DNA from: Paramoeba atlantica
Taxonomy: Eukaryota > Protista > Discosea
Reading direction: 5' to 3'
DNA length: 64,000 nucleotides
NCBI GenBank assembly: GCA_977017575.1
Contig: CDRNVI010000098.1
Coordinates: forward strand, 1-64,000
Shown piece by piece: positions 45,032 to 54,850 of the stretch. Position 1 is the first letter of the stretch, and each line of letters begins with the position of its first letter. The notes beneath the pieces were generated by a model. It searched no databases. It was not told the DNA's origin and saw only the letters and a program-made list of their open reading frames with translations. The position numbers and the translations under genes are program-made.

Positions 45032-48000
45032 TCACGGAAAGTGTGGAATCTCTCGTACGATTTTTGCCAATTGCTCAAACTCTTGTGTGCGCAGCACCTC
45101 TAGATACGCCTTTCGAAACTGATCTCCCACGTTCTTTACCTTCTTTGCACTAAAATTCGCATTTCGCCCAGACGCCGCATAACACTCAAACGAACTCACC
45201 AAACGACGCAACACCTCACTGCACAATCGCGAGAACCGACGTTTTAACATTTCAAGCACGTTTTTGCATGTTAATTCTTCACCCTCTTCTTCCTTACCGA
45301 ATCCACCGTCTATTCTTTCACACCAGTGCACAATTTTCACTACTTGTTGCAGGGCTTTCTGTTGTACCCAAAAAACGGCCGGGTCCTCATTGGGTCGCGT
45401 AAAGCGAGCGGAAAGAAAAGTAGAGGGTGGGGTGAGTTGATTTTCCCTGGCCTGCTCCTGGGCATTTTGAATCAACTGGTCGCGCTGCTTCCATTCCCGT
45501 GCAAGGAGATCAAAATGGAGAAGAAAGAAACCAATGTAGGATAAACCGGCGCGTATGGTTTGTACGCTATTCGGGTCGGTTTGGGAGAGCAAGGTATCGG
45601 CTTGTTCCCAGGCATGGGAGGTTAGTTTTTTCATCGAGGCGTAGAGCTCACGCAGTCGAAGAATGAGATCCGCCTCCGGATGGACTTCGGTTTGGGTAAG
45701 ATTGAGCTCAATTTCACGGAAAGTGAGTTGGAGAGTGCGAAGTTGGGTTTCACGGACTCCGGTCGGGTTGTGTAGACTCCGGTAAGCACTTTCGGCTTTG
45801 CTGAGTAAGTCATAGATGTCATCTTCTTTAGGGGATTTAGTGGAAAATGAAGAGTTCTCTTTCTTATTTTCAACTCTCTTATTTTCCTCACCTTTTTCAG
45901 CCCTCCCGTTTTCGGAATCCCGTAATGTTTTGGGAGACTCCCATTGATCGGCTACTAGTCGCATGGTGACCTTTGCCATAAGCTGCATTTCGGGAATCAT
46001 ACGTTTCGGGCGGGTTTTACGGAATAAAATATCCAATGCCTCAAGATAGTCTTCTTTTTGTGAACAAGAAAGGGCAGGATGGGAAGTCCAAGGGAGGAAC
46101 AAGAAATCGTAAAGAGGTGTTTTCGTTTTTTTTGGTTTCGTACATACCAGATTAGTCTGATCTTCCGATTCGGAATTATTAGACTCATGCTCTTCGAATC
46201 TTTCATTCTCTGATGAAGAGAAAACGCTTGTCGTTTTCATGTGCGCTCGCTTTACGTATGCCAATGCTCGATTTAAATCCGTAATGGACAGATTAACGTC
46301 ATCTGCACTTTTTAACATGTAATCTCGAGCGGTCTCGAAATACTTCAAAGCATCATTAAAGTTATCTGTGGCGAAACAGGACTCTCCACGTAAGTTGTAG
46401 AGGTCACCTAATTTTCGACAGATTGTTTTTGTCGTCGAACTCGCAGAGCTTAGCCTCCGCAGAAAAGGGTTGGAAAGAGTAATATCAGTTTGCTCAGTTA
46501 AAAGCGGAGGTTCTGCGAGTGATGAGACTGGAATGAGTTGCATTTCAGAAGGATTGGTTTTCTTCGCTCGTTTGGTACCTCCCATTGCTTCATCCAGTAA
46601 TGCGAGGTAGTATTTCAGGGAATGGGAAAAATGTACGTCCACAGACTCACTCATATTTCGCATGACCAAAGTGTTTGCATCCACAAGAGGTAGAACAATT
46701 TCGTTTTCATCAGACTTCAACTGCGAACTATTCCCCCAATGGTTGGTGTCGATGTCCGAATTAGTATCTCGTTCCTTTTCAGTAGATACCTCACGCAAAG
46801 AATTCAAAGCTTTGCATTCATTCTGGTTCATAATTTGCAAAACATTTCTACTTTCGTTTTTCACTTCACTAGCAGCCCATTCTTTCATTCGTGTTTGCAA
46901 ATCTTTAATTTTTATTTTCTTCTTAAAACACGCAGTAGCAACATGATGATGCCAATCTCCCAGTATTTCTGCCAACCTTTCTTCTCGGCTGGTAGGAGAC
47001 AACTCGTTCAGCCAATTGGGCTTCAAGTTCAACCCGGTTTGTAAATTTTGCAATAATTGCCAAGTATCGAATAATTCGTATTTCTCCAACTGGATGTGAA
47101 GCAAAACATATTGAGCCTCCCATAGACGTGTTCGAGAAATACTTTTCGCGTCCAGGCGCAATGCATGCTCCATATGATTCACCAAAAGATCGTGATAGCG
47201 TAGATTTTCCTCATCTTCCGTTTCTTTCGCTTCCGCATTCGGTACGGTTTCTGCTATCTTATCCTCCCTTGTTGCTACATCCATTCCCTTTCCTTTTCCT
47301 GCCGATTTTTTATTTCCGTGTGGTTTCGACTTCAGTTTCACTTCCACAGCAACGGGCGCCGACACGGTTCTCCGCTTCTGCTCCAAAGTACGAATAGCTT
47401 TTTCATACAAATCAATGAGCAAAAGTAGTGCTTGAACGGTCGTCACGGGTTGACTCTTTTCATCGATCAGGGCGACGCATTTCTCCAGTAGTCCCCGAGC
47501 ATGGAGATATTCTGTAGATCCTTTGCGCGGTTGTGCGAGTGCCATTTCTGCCATACGAAAGTAGAGTGTAGACATAGGAAGGGAAAGTTCGGATGGCGAT
47601 GTTCCCTTCATTGCACTCCCGGTTTCTTTCCCAACATTTCGGTCGGATAACAGTGTTGCAGAATCCTGTTGTCCTTCCATAATTTGTCGTGGAATCTTGT
47701 CCTTCGCATTTCCTTCCCCTTTTCTTTCTTCATCACTCTGTGCCGTGTAATACTTTGTAAATCCGCATAAATCATATAATTTTAAGCTCCCACTATTTGG
47801 GTCTTTTAGCACCAAATAACTTGCGCCTTTTCGCGTACAATGCGCTCGAAGCCATTTCAGGACACGTCCAGAAAACTGTTGCAACTCCACGGGCTCAAAC
47901 GAGGCGGACGGAAAAGAATTGGGCAGCTCACTTGTGGGAATAATTTGATACCCCTCGACAATGCCCTCATTGTGGTAACAAAGCGCTACGTGACTTACCG

Positions 48001-49429
48001 CACTGAGTACATTTTCCAGCCACAGTTCTAAAAGTTCAAGCTGGGAGAGAGAAGCAACCGCGGAGGATTTGTTGCTTTGTTCAGAACCGGAAGATGAAGA
48101 CACATTTTGAAGATGAAGCCTTAAATCGGTACCATGCTCCTCACTATGGACCAAGGGGAGGTTGGAGCCGACCAGCATTTTAAGCTCACCCATACGCCAG
48201 CATACGGAGCGAGCGTAAGTATCGGGGGAAGGTTTGTCGGGAGGTGAATCCAAAGATGGTCTAATTCTTTGGCGTGTGGAAAGTTGTGGAGAACTCGCGT
48301 CCGTGTGGCTTTCATTCGATTTGTAGGATTTGTTTCCCAAATTATTTTCATCTTTTTCTTCCTCTGTTTTCCTTCCGGTTGATCCTGTTGTTGCTTCTTT
48401 ATTTTCCTCTGCACTTTCCACGCCTGCGAGCACAGAGTAATACAACAATTTTGTTTGTAGTGAACGATAATGCGTTTCCGAGACATTCGCACAGGATTGC
48501 ATCGGTTGTGTGCTACTGGATTCAATTACAATTGCCCGTCCGACTTTGTGGACGGCTAGAGCCAATGCTTTTTTGGAAGGTGTCGCGGGAGTACTTAGCA
48601 AATCCCGCAAAGTATCGACAGAGGAAATGACATCAAACTGATCGGCGGCGCTGGTTTCAGAGGAATATGTGTTTGGGTCTTTTTCATGTTCTAGATGGGA
48701 ATGAGAAAATTGGGAAATATTTTCGGAAATGGACTGAGCGCTGGAATTTTCAGTCGATGGTTTCGAAGGCGACTCGAATTTGTTATCTGTTGGCTGAACC
48801 GTATGGGAAAGAGCTAAGGCACTTTCGGGAAAGACAGAAATCGCGTGAGGAGATCGAGATGCTGTTCTGAGGTAAGATGTTTTGGACTTTCTTCCCGAGT
48901 ACATCCCAGAGGGCGTCTCGTTGAGATTCGTGCCTGAGAGGTCGGAAAATTTAGGAATCGGTTCAGTAGATAGTGCAGGAGACATTTTCGACATTTGATT
49001 TGACGCAGAAGTGTTTGATTTGAATATTGGCAGCTTCGCATGCGCTTTGGCATCTTTGTGTCGATTGTTGAGATTTTTCTCATCACACGACATTTTAGAT
49101 AACTTTTTGATCGCCAGATTCGCAGTTTCTTCCCCTACACTCTTAGGCTCGTCTTGTTCCTTGTCTTTCAATGTTATGACAGATGATGTGCCTCGGGGAG
49201 GGTGGATGCGCGTAACGTCGAACTCACTTAAAAAGTTTGGAGGGAGAAGAGTGTAGGACGCTGTTAATGGATTCCATGCGCGAGCTGAGGGATCCGAAAA
49301 CGAAGAATGGACATGGGACCTCTCTGACGAAAACTTCGAATTCACTGCCGATGTGTGTTTGTGGGAGAAAACGTCGCCTGTAGACATGGAAAAGTGGTTG
49401 TTTTCTACGCAATAGAATACGAATTCCAA
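45032..49429 (-). CDS. EDRF1-like protein
   Basis: AVHKVGRAIVI, MLVGSNLP, LELWLENVL...VALCYHNEGIVEGYQII, WLRAHCTRKGASY...LKLYDL. Confidence 0.7.
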   Translation of the reverse strand: MEFVFYCVENNHFSMSTGDVFSHKHTSAVNSKFSSERSHVHSSFSDPSARAWNPLTASYTLLPPNFLSEFDVTRIHPPRGTSSVITLKDKEQDEPKSVGEETANLAIKKLSKMSCDEKNLNNRHKDAKAHAKLPIFKSNTSASNQMSKMSPALSTEPIPKFSDLSGTNLNETPSGMYSGRKSKTSYLRTASRSPHAISVFPESALALSHTVQPTDNKFESPSKPSTENSSAQSISENISQFSHSHLEHEKDPNTYSSETSAADQFDVISSVDTLRDLLSTPATPSKKALALAVHKVGRAIVIESSSTQPMQSCANVSETHYRSLQTKLLYYSVLAGVESAEENKEATTGSTGRKTEEEKDENNLGNKSYKSNESHTDASSPQLSTRQRIRPSLDSPPDKPSPDTYARSVCWRMGELKMLVGSNLPLVHSEEHGTDLRLHLQNVSSSSGSEQSNKSSAVASLSQLELLELWLENVLSAVSHVALCYHNEGIVEGYQIIPTSELPNSFPSASFEPVELQQFSGRVLKWLRAHCTRKGASYLVLKDPNSGSLKLYDLCGFTKYYTAQSDEERKGEGNAKDKIPRQIMEGQQDSATLLSDRNVGKETGSAMKGTSPSELSLPMSTLYFRMAEMALAQPRKGSTEYLHARGLLEKCVALIDEKSQPVTTVQALLLLIDLYEKAIRTLEQKRRTVSAPVAVEVKLKSKPHGNKKSAGKGKGMDVATREDKIAETVPNAEAKETEDEENLRYHDLLVNHMEHALRLDAKSISRTRLWEAQYVLLHIQLEKYELFDTWQLLQNLQTGLNLKPNWLNELSPTSREERLAEILGDWHHHVATACFKKKIKIKDLQTRMKEWAASEVKNESRNVLQIMNQNECKALNSLREVSTEKERDTNSDIDTNHWGNSSQLKSDENEIVLPLVDANTLVMRNMSESVDVHFSHSLKYYLALLDEAMGGTKRAKKTNPSEMQLIPVSSLAEPPLLTEQTDITLSNPFLRRLSSASSTTKTICRKLGDLYNLRGESCFATDNFNDALKYFETARDYMLKSADDVNLSITDLNRALAYVKRAHMKTTSVFSSSENERFEEHESNNSESEDQTNLVCTKPKKTKTPLYDFLFLPWTSHPALSCSQKEDYLEALDILFRKTRPKRMIPEMQLMAKVTMRLVADQWESPKTLRDSENGRAEKGEENKRVENKKENSSFSTKSPKEDDIYDLLSKAESAYRSLHNPTGVRETQLRTLQLTFREIELNLTQTEVHPEADLILRLRELYASMKKLTSHAWEQADTLLSQTDPNSVQTIRAGLSYIGFFLLHFDLLAREWKQRDQLIQNAQEQARENQLTPPSTFLSARFTRPNEDPAVFWVQQKALQQVVKIVHWCERIDGGFGKEEEGEELTCKNVLEMLKRRFSRLCSEVLRRLVSSFECYAASGRNANFSAKKVKNVGDQFRKAYLEVLRTQEFEQLAKIVREIPHFP

Positions 49430-49828
49430 AGTTTAAATATTTTTGTAAACTTGGCAATACCACAGCAAGTCACGGGTCACTCACTAAACAAAGAAGTATT
49501 TTTTGGCCTCGCATTTCGTGATGTTTCTATTCTAGAACTGTAAAATTGCGCATGTCATGTCGCTGTATAAAAGGCGTACACGAATCACACCCTTCGAGGG
49601 CATCACGGTTGAATATGAATGCAACACATTCTCATCGGAATTTTAATCTATGTACACAGCGCTCCAAAAAATGCGACGGTTGACTCCCTGGTAAAAACTT
49701 GGAGATCAACTCTTTTATAAAAAAAAACCATGGTTTCAAATGTGTATAAAATCAGCAAGTTATCCAAACTATACTTTTTCGATTTGGTTCTGAATCATTT
49801 TTTTAACCCAACGTTTTCCGTCATCATC

Positions 49829-50902
49829 TTAAAAAGGTACAAAACAGGCCACCAAACAAAGGAAAACACTTGCGAGCATCCAAAAAAGCGAACCCCAAAG
49901 CGAGCTGGACGTCCCGAGCTCAGCTTCCGTTTCCCCTTCCTCCACTGACATCGATTTTTCCTCTTGCATCCTCTGCGGGGTGCGTTTTCCAATAAAAGGT
50001 CCATGGAGACTTCCTCCCAAGCCATCCATTCCGGCATAAAAGGGGGAACTCCCTGCTTCCTCCCCCAGTGCGCTCGAAGAGGTCCATCGGCGTAGAAACT
50101 GAGACGCGGAGTAGGACAGCGGGGAGGTATACGCACTTGCGGCATTCACCACGCACTGCCCCGTGCGCTCACTGTTGCTACAGACCCGGATGCCGACCAC
50201 AGACACCGCAGAGCTCTCGAGCGGACGGTTCTCGTTTTGGAAGCACGCAACGGTGTGCGGGTTGGTCCCAGAGCGCTCTTCATCGGAGGCCGTTTTCCCG
50301 GTCTGATTTTTAGCTTCCTCCTTGGAGGTTCCACCTTCCTCCTGCGCACGCTCCGCCTCCCCTGTTGGAAACGCTTTCGAGGAGCGTGGAAGCGCTGAGT
50401 GGGCATAGTACCCCTCCGCCGATAAATCGTTCATGTCCATCGAGGTCGAGTGTCGTGTCCTGTGAAGCTGCAAATCCCCTTTGGGGAGGAGACGCTTACT
50501 CACAAACGGGTTGCCCACCATAATCAGTTTCCCTCGCGGCATATGCCAGCACGGGGACTTCTCCGAAATCTCGTTAAACGACAAGTCAATGAGCCGCGCA
50601 GGAGGCGTGGGGAGTTTCGAAAAAGGCGTTTCCCCCCTCTCTGAGGACCCATAAAACTCCGAGCGATACCCCACCCTACTCACCCCTCGCTCCAGCCACC
50701 CTTTTCTCGAAAACAACGGCCACTTTGTCAGTTTGTTCTGCGCCATGTCAATCTTCACCACACTCTCCGGGAGCTCTGAAAAATCAACCTCCGTCGGAAC
50801 CTCCTCCTCCCCACTCCCCTCCCCATTCGTCAAAAACAACCCCGGCTCTCGACAATGCTCATTAAAACACAACCCCCGGGGAACCGGCCGAAACGGCACC
50901 AC
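49829..50902 (-). CDS. LRR-containing protein with C-terminal TM; probably the 3' part of a longer frameshifted gene
   Basis: VDFSELPESVVKIDMAQNKL, RLIDLSFNEI; terminal hydrophobic helix. Confidence 0.5.
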   Translation of the reverse strand: MVPFRPVPRGLCFNEHCREPGLFLTNGEGSGEEEVPTEVDFSELPESVVKIDMAQNKLTKWPLFSRKGWLERGVSRVGYRSEFYGSSERGETPFSKLPTPPARLIDLSFNEISEKSPCWHMPRGKLIMVGNPFVSKRLLPKGDLQLHRTRHSTSMDMNDLSAEGYYAHSALPRSSKAFPTGEAERAQEEGGTSKEEAKNQTGKTASDEERSGTNPHTVACFQNENRPLESSAVSVVGIRVCSNSERTGQCVVNAASAYTSPLSYSASQFLRRWTSSSALGEEAGSSPFYAGMDGLGGSLHGPFIGKRTPQRMQEEKSMSVEEGETEAELGTSSSLWGSLFWMLASVFLCLVACFVPF

Positions 50903-51103
50903 GCCTCCCCCCTCCCCCCCCTCCTCCCCCCCCCTCCCTCCCCCCCGGCCTCACCGAAAACGTCAAATACCCCGCAACCCTCCGCGTCGTCTCCCCCGCA
51001 AACGTCACCGTCACCCTCACATACCCCTGTCCCCGCGTCAACGGGGCCAAATCCCTCCCCCGTACCCGTCTCACCCGCGCCCGTGGACACCGTCCCAGGT
51101 GTC

Positions 51104-53102
51104 TTACCCCCCCACCCCCCCCTCCCCCCCCCCTCCCCCCCCCTGTCTCCGTCGTCTCGGCGAGACGTGCACCACGCGCAGCCCCCCGAGGAACCCGTTC
51201 ACCTTCGCCAGCCCCGTGACCGCGTCCCGGAGGTAGGCCTCGCACCGCGGGATCCCCCCCGGGGGCTCGACCCGGACCCAGGGGACGCCGCGGAGCTCGA
51301 GGCAGGCGGCCCCGCGGAGGGAGACGGCGGTGAGGTCGAGGATGGCGCGGTGGGTGGGGGGGGCGTGGGTGAGGGGGCAGAGGAAGGCGTGGTCGAGGGT
51401 GGCGGGGGCGGCGCGGGGGGCGTAGCCGGGGCGGAAGGCGTGGCTGAGGTTGAGGAGGCGGAGGGCGCGGGGGGGGGAGGGGGGGGCGAGGGGGGAGGCG
51501 AGCGCGTTGGCGCTGAGGTCGCAGATGTCGGTGGCGGGGGGGAGGAGGCCGAGGTCGAGGGGGGGGCGGGGGGCGGGGGTGGGGGGGGCGCTCGTTCGGT
51601 GCATGGGGGGGAGGGGGGGGATTGCGTTCCTTTGGGACATGTTGAGGATTTCGTTCCTTTGGGGCATGTTGAGGATTTCGTTCCTTTCGCGCATGTTGTG
51701 CATTTTGCGGGTGTTGTGCATTTCGCTCATTTTGTGCATTTCGTGCATTTTGTGCCTTTTGCGGATTTTGGGCATTTTGTGCATTTTGTGCCTTTTGCGG
51801 ATTTGAAGATTTTGCTGTGCTTCTTTGGGTTTCGTTTTGGGTTTCGTTTTGGTTTTGGCTTTGGTTTTAGATTGCGATGCCTCTGAGGTGGGTGGGGGTT
51901 AGGGAAGGGGAAGGGGAAGGGGAAGAAGCTGCGGATGAACGGGAAGAGGGTGATGCGGAGGCGTGGGTTGTGCTTACCCTTCGAGGATAGGTCGTGAGGG
52001 TACAGATGGGGGAGGGAGTTTCCGAGGGCGGGGGGTCGTATTGGGGATGAGGTTGGGAGAGGTAGGCAGGCCATGGGGGGGTACCGGGGGCGGAGAGGGT
52101 GGCGCTGGCATTCATCATCTCTTTTGTGGTTCCGGTGGTGGGGGGTTGATGGCCTCGTCGTCGCTGTTGTTGTTCATAGATGGCACGTCGGTAGGACCCG
52201 CTGAGGTCGAGGGCATAGGAGAGATGCACCCAGAGCACGACTAGACCGGTAGGGGCGTCGGAGGGGTTTTTTCCCATGGCGTACTCGCTGGAGCTTCGTC
52301 GACGGTAGGTCGTGGGGGAATGGCCGTTGTCGGTGGTGTGCTGCGCAGTACCGCTATGGGCGTGATGTTGTGGCATCCCGGCTTCCTCCCCCTTCTCCCA
52401 GTGATGGGTAATATCCTCACTTGGTGTATTCAACGGCGAACGCTGAAGTGTCCACCCGCGACGTGTGGCGAAACGGGACGTTAGCGCGGCTTCGTTGGGG
52501 TTGATGCGCGCAACGGTGAGGGAGTACAATGAGGCAATCTGTTCCTGTGGAATGAGCTGGGCATGGGTGAGAATGTACTCCTCTTTGCCCGGGACGGGGC
52601 TACTTCCTGCCCCCGAAGGTCCATAGAAACTGGTCGATCCTGTGGTTTTTGAAGGCCTTCCACTCTCGGAAGGATGTCGCCGACTTCCTGTAGGCGTAGT
52701 TCGCGATGAGGAGAAACTCCCATGTTGGCGTTCTCCTTTTGGGGGATGCGCTCGTCGTTCGACACTTCGCGAGCGCCCGGATTTGATGGAATTCGGATTC
52801 TTATGGGGAGTGCTTGGGGGAGACTCGTTCGCGCCCGGATTTGCGCACGAACCAGCCATCGTCCCACAGGCGTCTCTTCTCGTTGGCGTGATTGGGAGCG
52901 AAAATCGGAATCTCCAGCCGATGAGTCGGGGGCAATGGTTCTTGTGGCATAGAGGCAAAGGAGAGCGTATTGTTCTTGGGAGAAAACTGTCCAAAAGAGG
53001 GAAACGACGAAGCCCCATGCATCGGATGGGGTGCCGAATGTGCCGCACTCGGCCGGCCAAACGCATTTTGCCCGCTGTGTAACAATACCATTCGTGGATC
53101 AT
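51104..53102 (-). CDS. Fragmented hypothetical/LRR-like coding region (ORFs 51104-51784 and 51867-53102)
   Basis: CDLSANAL, LLNLSH and ILDLT patches; breaks fall near G/C homopolymers. Confidence 0.35.
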
Positions 53103-53237
53103 TAGGGGAGGACAGTGTCGCGCCAGCGGAGCCTGTCGGGTTAATCAAGTGTGCTTTTTCCGCTGCGTTCTGCACCCCCATCTCCTCTAAATCCAACGCC
53201 TCCCGTACCCATCGCAGCACCGGATCCTCCCATGACG

Positions 53238-53990
53238 CTAGGGGGTGAATATAACTTCGTGAGACCTCGGGATGCAAAGGCTTTGTTTTTTTCGGGGTGG
53301 CGCTGACAGATTGGGCTCGCTGTTTTCCTTTTCGTAATGTTCAACCGTAAAGGTTCGTAAAAACGCGTTTAACCCACTAACGTCCCGCCGGAGTAGCTGC
53401 ACTAATTGTGTAGCTAGACTCGAGGGGAGGCCAGAGGGGTGAGGACTGTCTTGGGGTAATGCCAATGGAGTAGGGGTCGAGCCAAGACTGCGGGCATTCA
53501 TTCGAGGTGCTTGGGTGGCTTGCGCCAATAAGGTAGGCGAAACGTGTACATTTGCGGAAGATCCCGAAGCGCGAGAACGGGGATCATTTGGTGAATTGGT
53601 TCCACTTCCTTTTCCCTCAAGGGGGGCGCTGGAAATCGGATTTGCTGTCACAGTCTTTGGGCTTGGATTGGAATTTAGGGATGTTTGTCGTGAGGGACTG
53701 CTGTGAATTTCTTGTCGCAGCGCTTTGGCTTTCGCAAGAGCCGATTCAGTAGGGGAATTGGTAAGGGATCGTTCAGCCGCAGCGGCTCGTCGAGCCCCGG
53801 CTCGTATGGACGAAGCAGATTGTGCGCTTTCGCGTCCCGCAGGAGGGCTACGTGCTTTGGAGTATCCTGAGGCGCCTGAGGAAGACACGCTCCGGGTTTG
53901 AAAGCTCTTGTCGTCCTCAAGGTTGTCAGAAGGAAATTTCGGTCTACGTCGAATCGGATCGCTGGTTGTAACGCCCAAGGAGGAACCCAC
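53238..53990 (-). CDS. Hypothetical Ser/Pro-rich protein
   Basis: 250-aa ATG ORF on the host strand. Confidence 0.4.
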   Translation of the reverse strand: MGSSLGVTTSDPIRRRPKFPSDNLEDDKSFQTRSVSSSGASGYSKARSPPAGRESAQSASSIRAGARRAAAAERSLTNSPTESALAKAKALRQEIHSSPSRQTSLNSNPSPKTVTANPISSAPLEGKGSGTNSPNDPRSRASGSSANVHVSPTLLAQATQAPRMNARSLGSTPTPLALPQDSPHPSGLPSSLATQLVQLLRRDVSGLNAFLRTFTVEHYEKENSEPNLSAPPRKKQSLCIPRSHEVIFTP

Positions 53991-54850
53991 GAAACGGGTG
54001 ATAGTTCGTACTTAGAAATCTTTTCGCAGGATGAACCTCCGATCGAATGAATCGAAAAGACGGCAAAGCATATCGCAAGATGAGAGAGGACAGGAATACG
54101 AGTGCGGCGCATAGGAGTATTCTCTCGAGATATTGTCTTCCGCATGTTTACAGCAGAGCACTGCAGAGTTGCCGTGTCAAGGAGTGCACAGAAAACAATG
54201 AGACAACGAGAAATAACAAAGGTAAGAGTAAACGAAGCGTTTCTAGGCTTTTCAATGGCAAAAAAGTGGATCGACCATACACAAAGGGAAGTTCGGTTTT
54301 CGTAACCAATTGTTAGTTTTCACGTATTGTAGTCTATAACGTTTGCCAAAAGCCAACGTACTTGTACTACTATATAATGTACTAAGGAAGGTGCAATTGA
54401 GGCAAAGTCATACACGAATATACTGGTATCACGTTGGAAAAACTACTTCACAAATTGCTGGGAAAATCTCCCGTCTACAAACGCATGGGAAAAATTTTCC
54501 AAAAGATATATATAAATATGAAGAACATAGCATATGAAAGTGTTACAACACAAATAAAAAAAATCTCAAACAAAAGCGTACAACGCATTTTAAGGGCTAG
54601 GCTATCTGAACTTGATAACGTATCATTAGACTTCTTTCAAATAATTACTAAAATGTCAAACAAAAATACAACTCAATCAATTCCGCGGCTTATTACGGTA
54701 GTTTTTCATAACAACGTATTGATTCTTCCTTATTTGAGAGCTAGGTTAGGCTACTATCGATCAGTGCTGCTTTCTTCAAAGTTTTTTGAGCTTGAAAAGA
54801 AGCTGCTTACGCCAAGCACGAGTGATACGGCCAACTAACGTTTTGGACAT

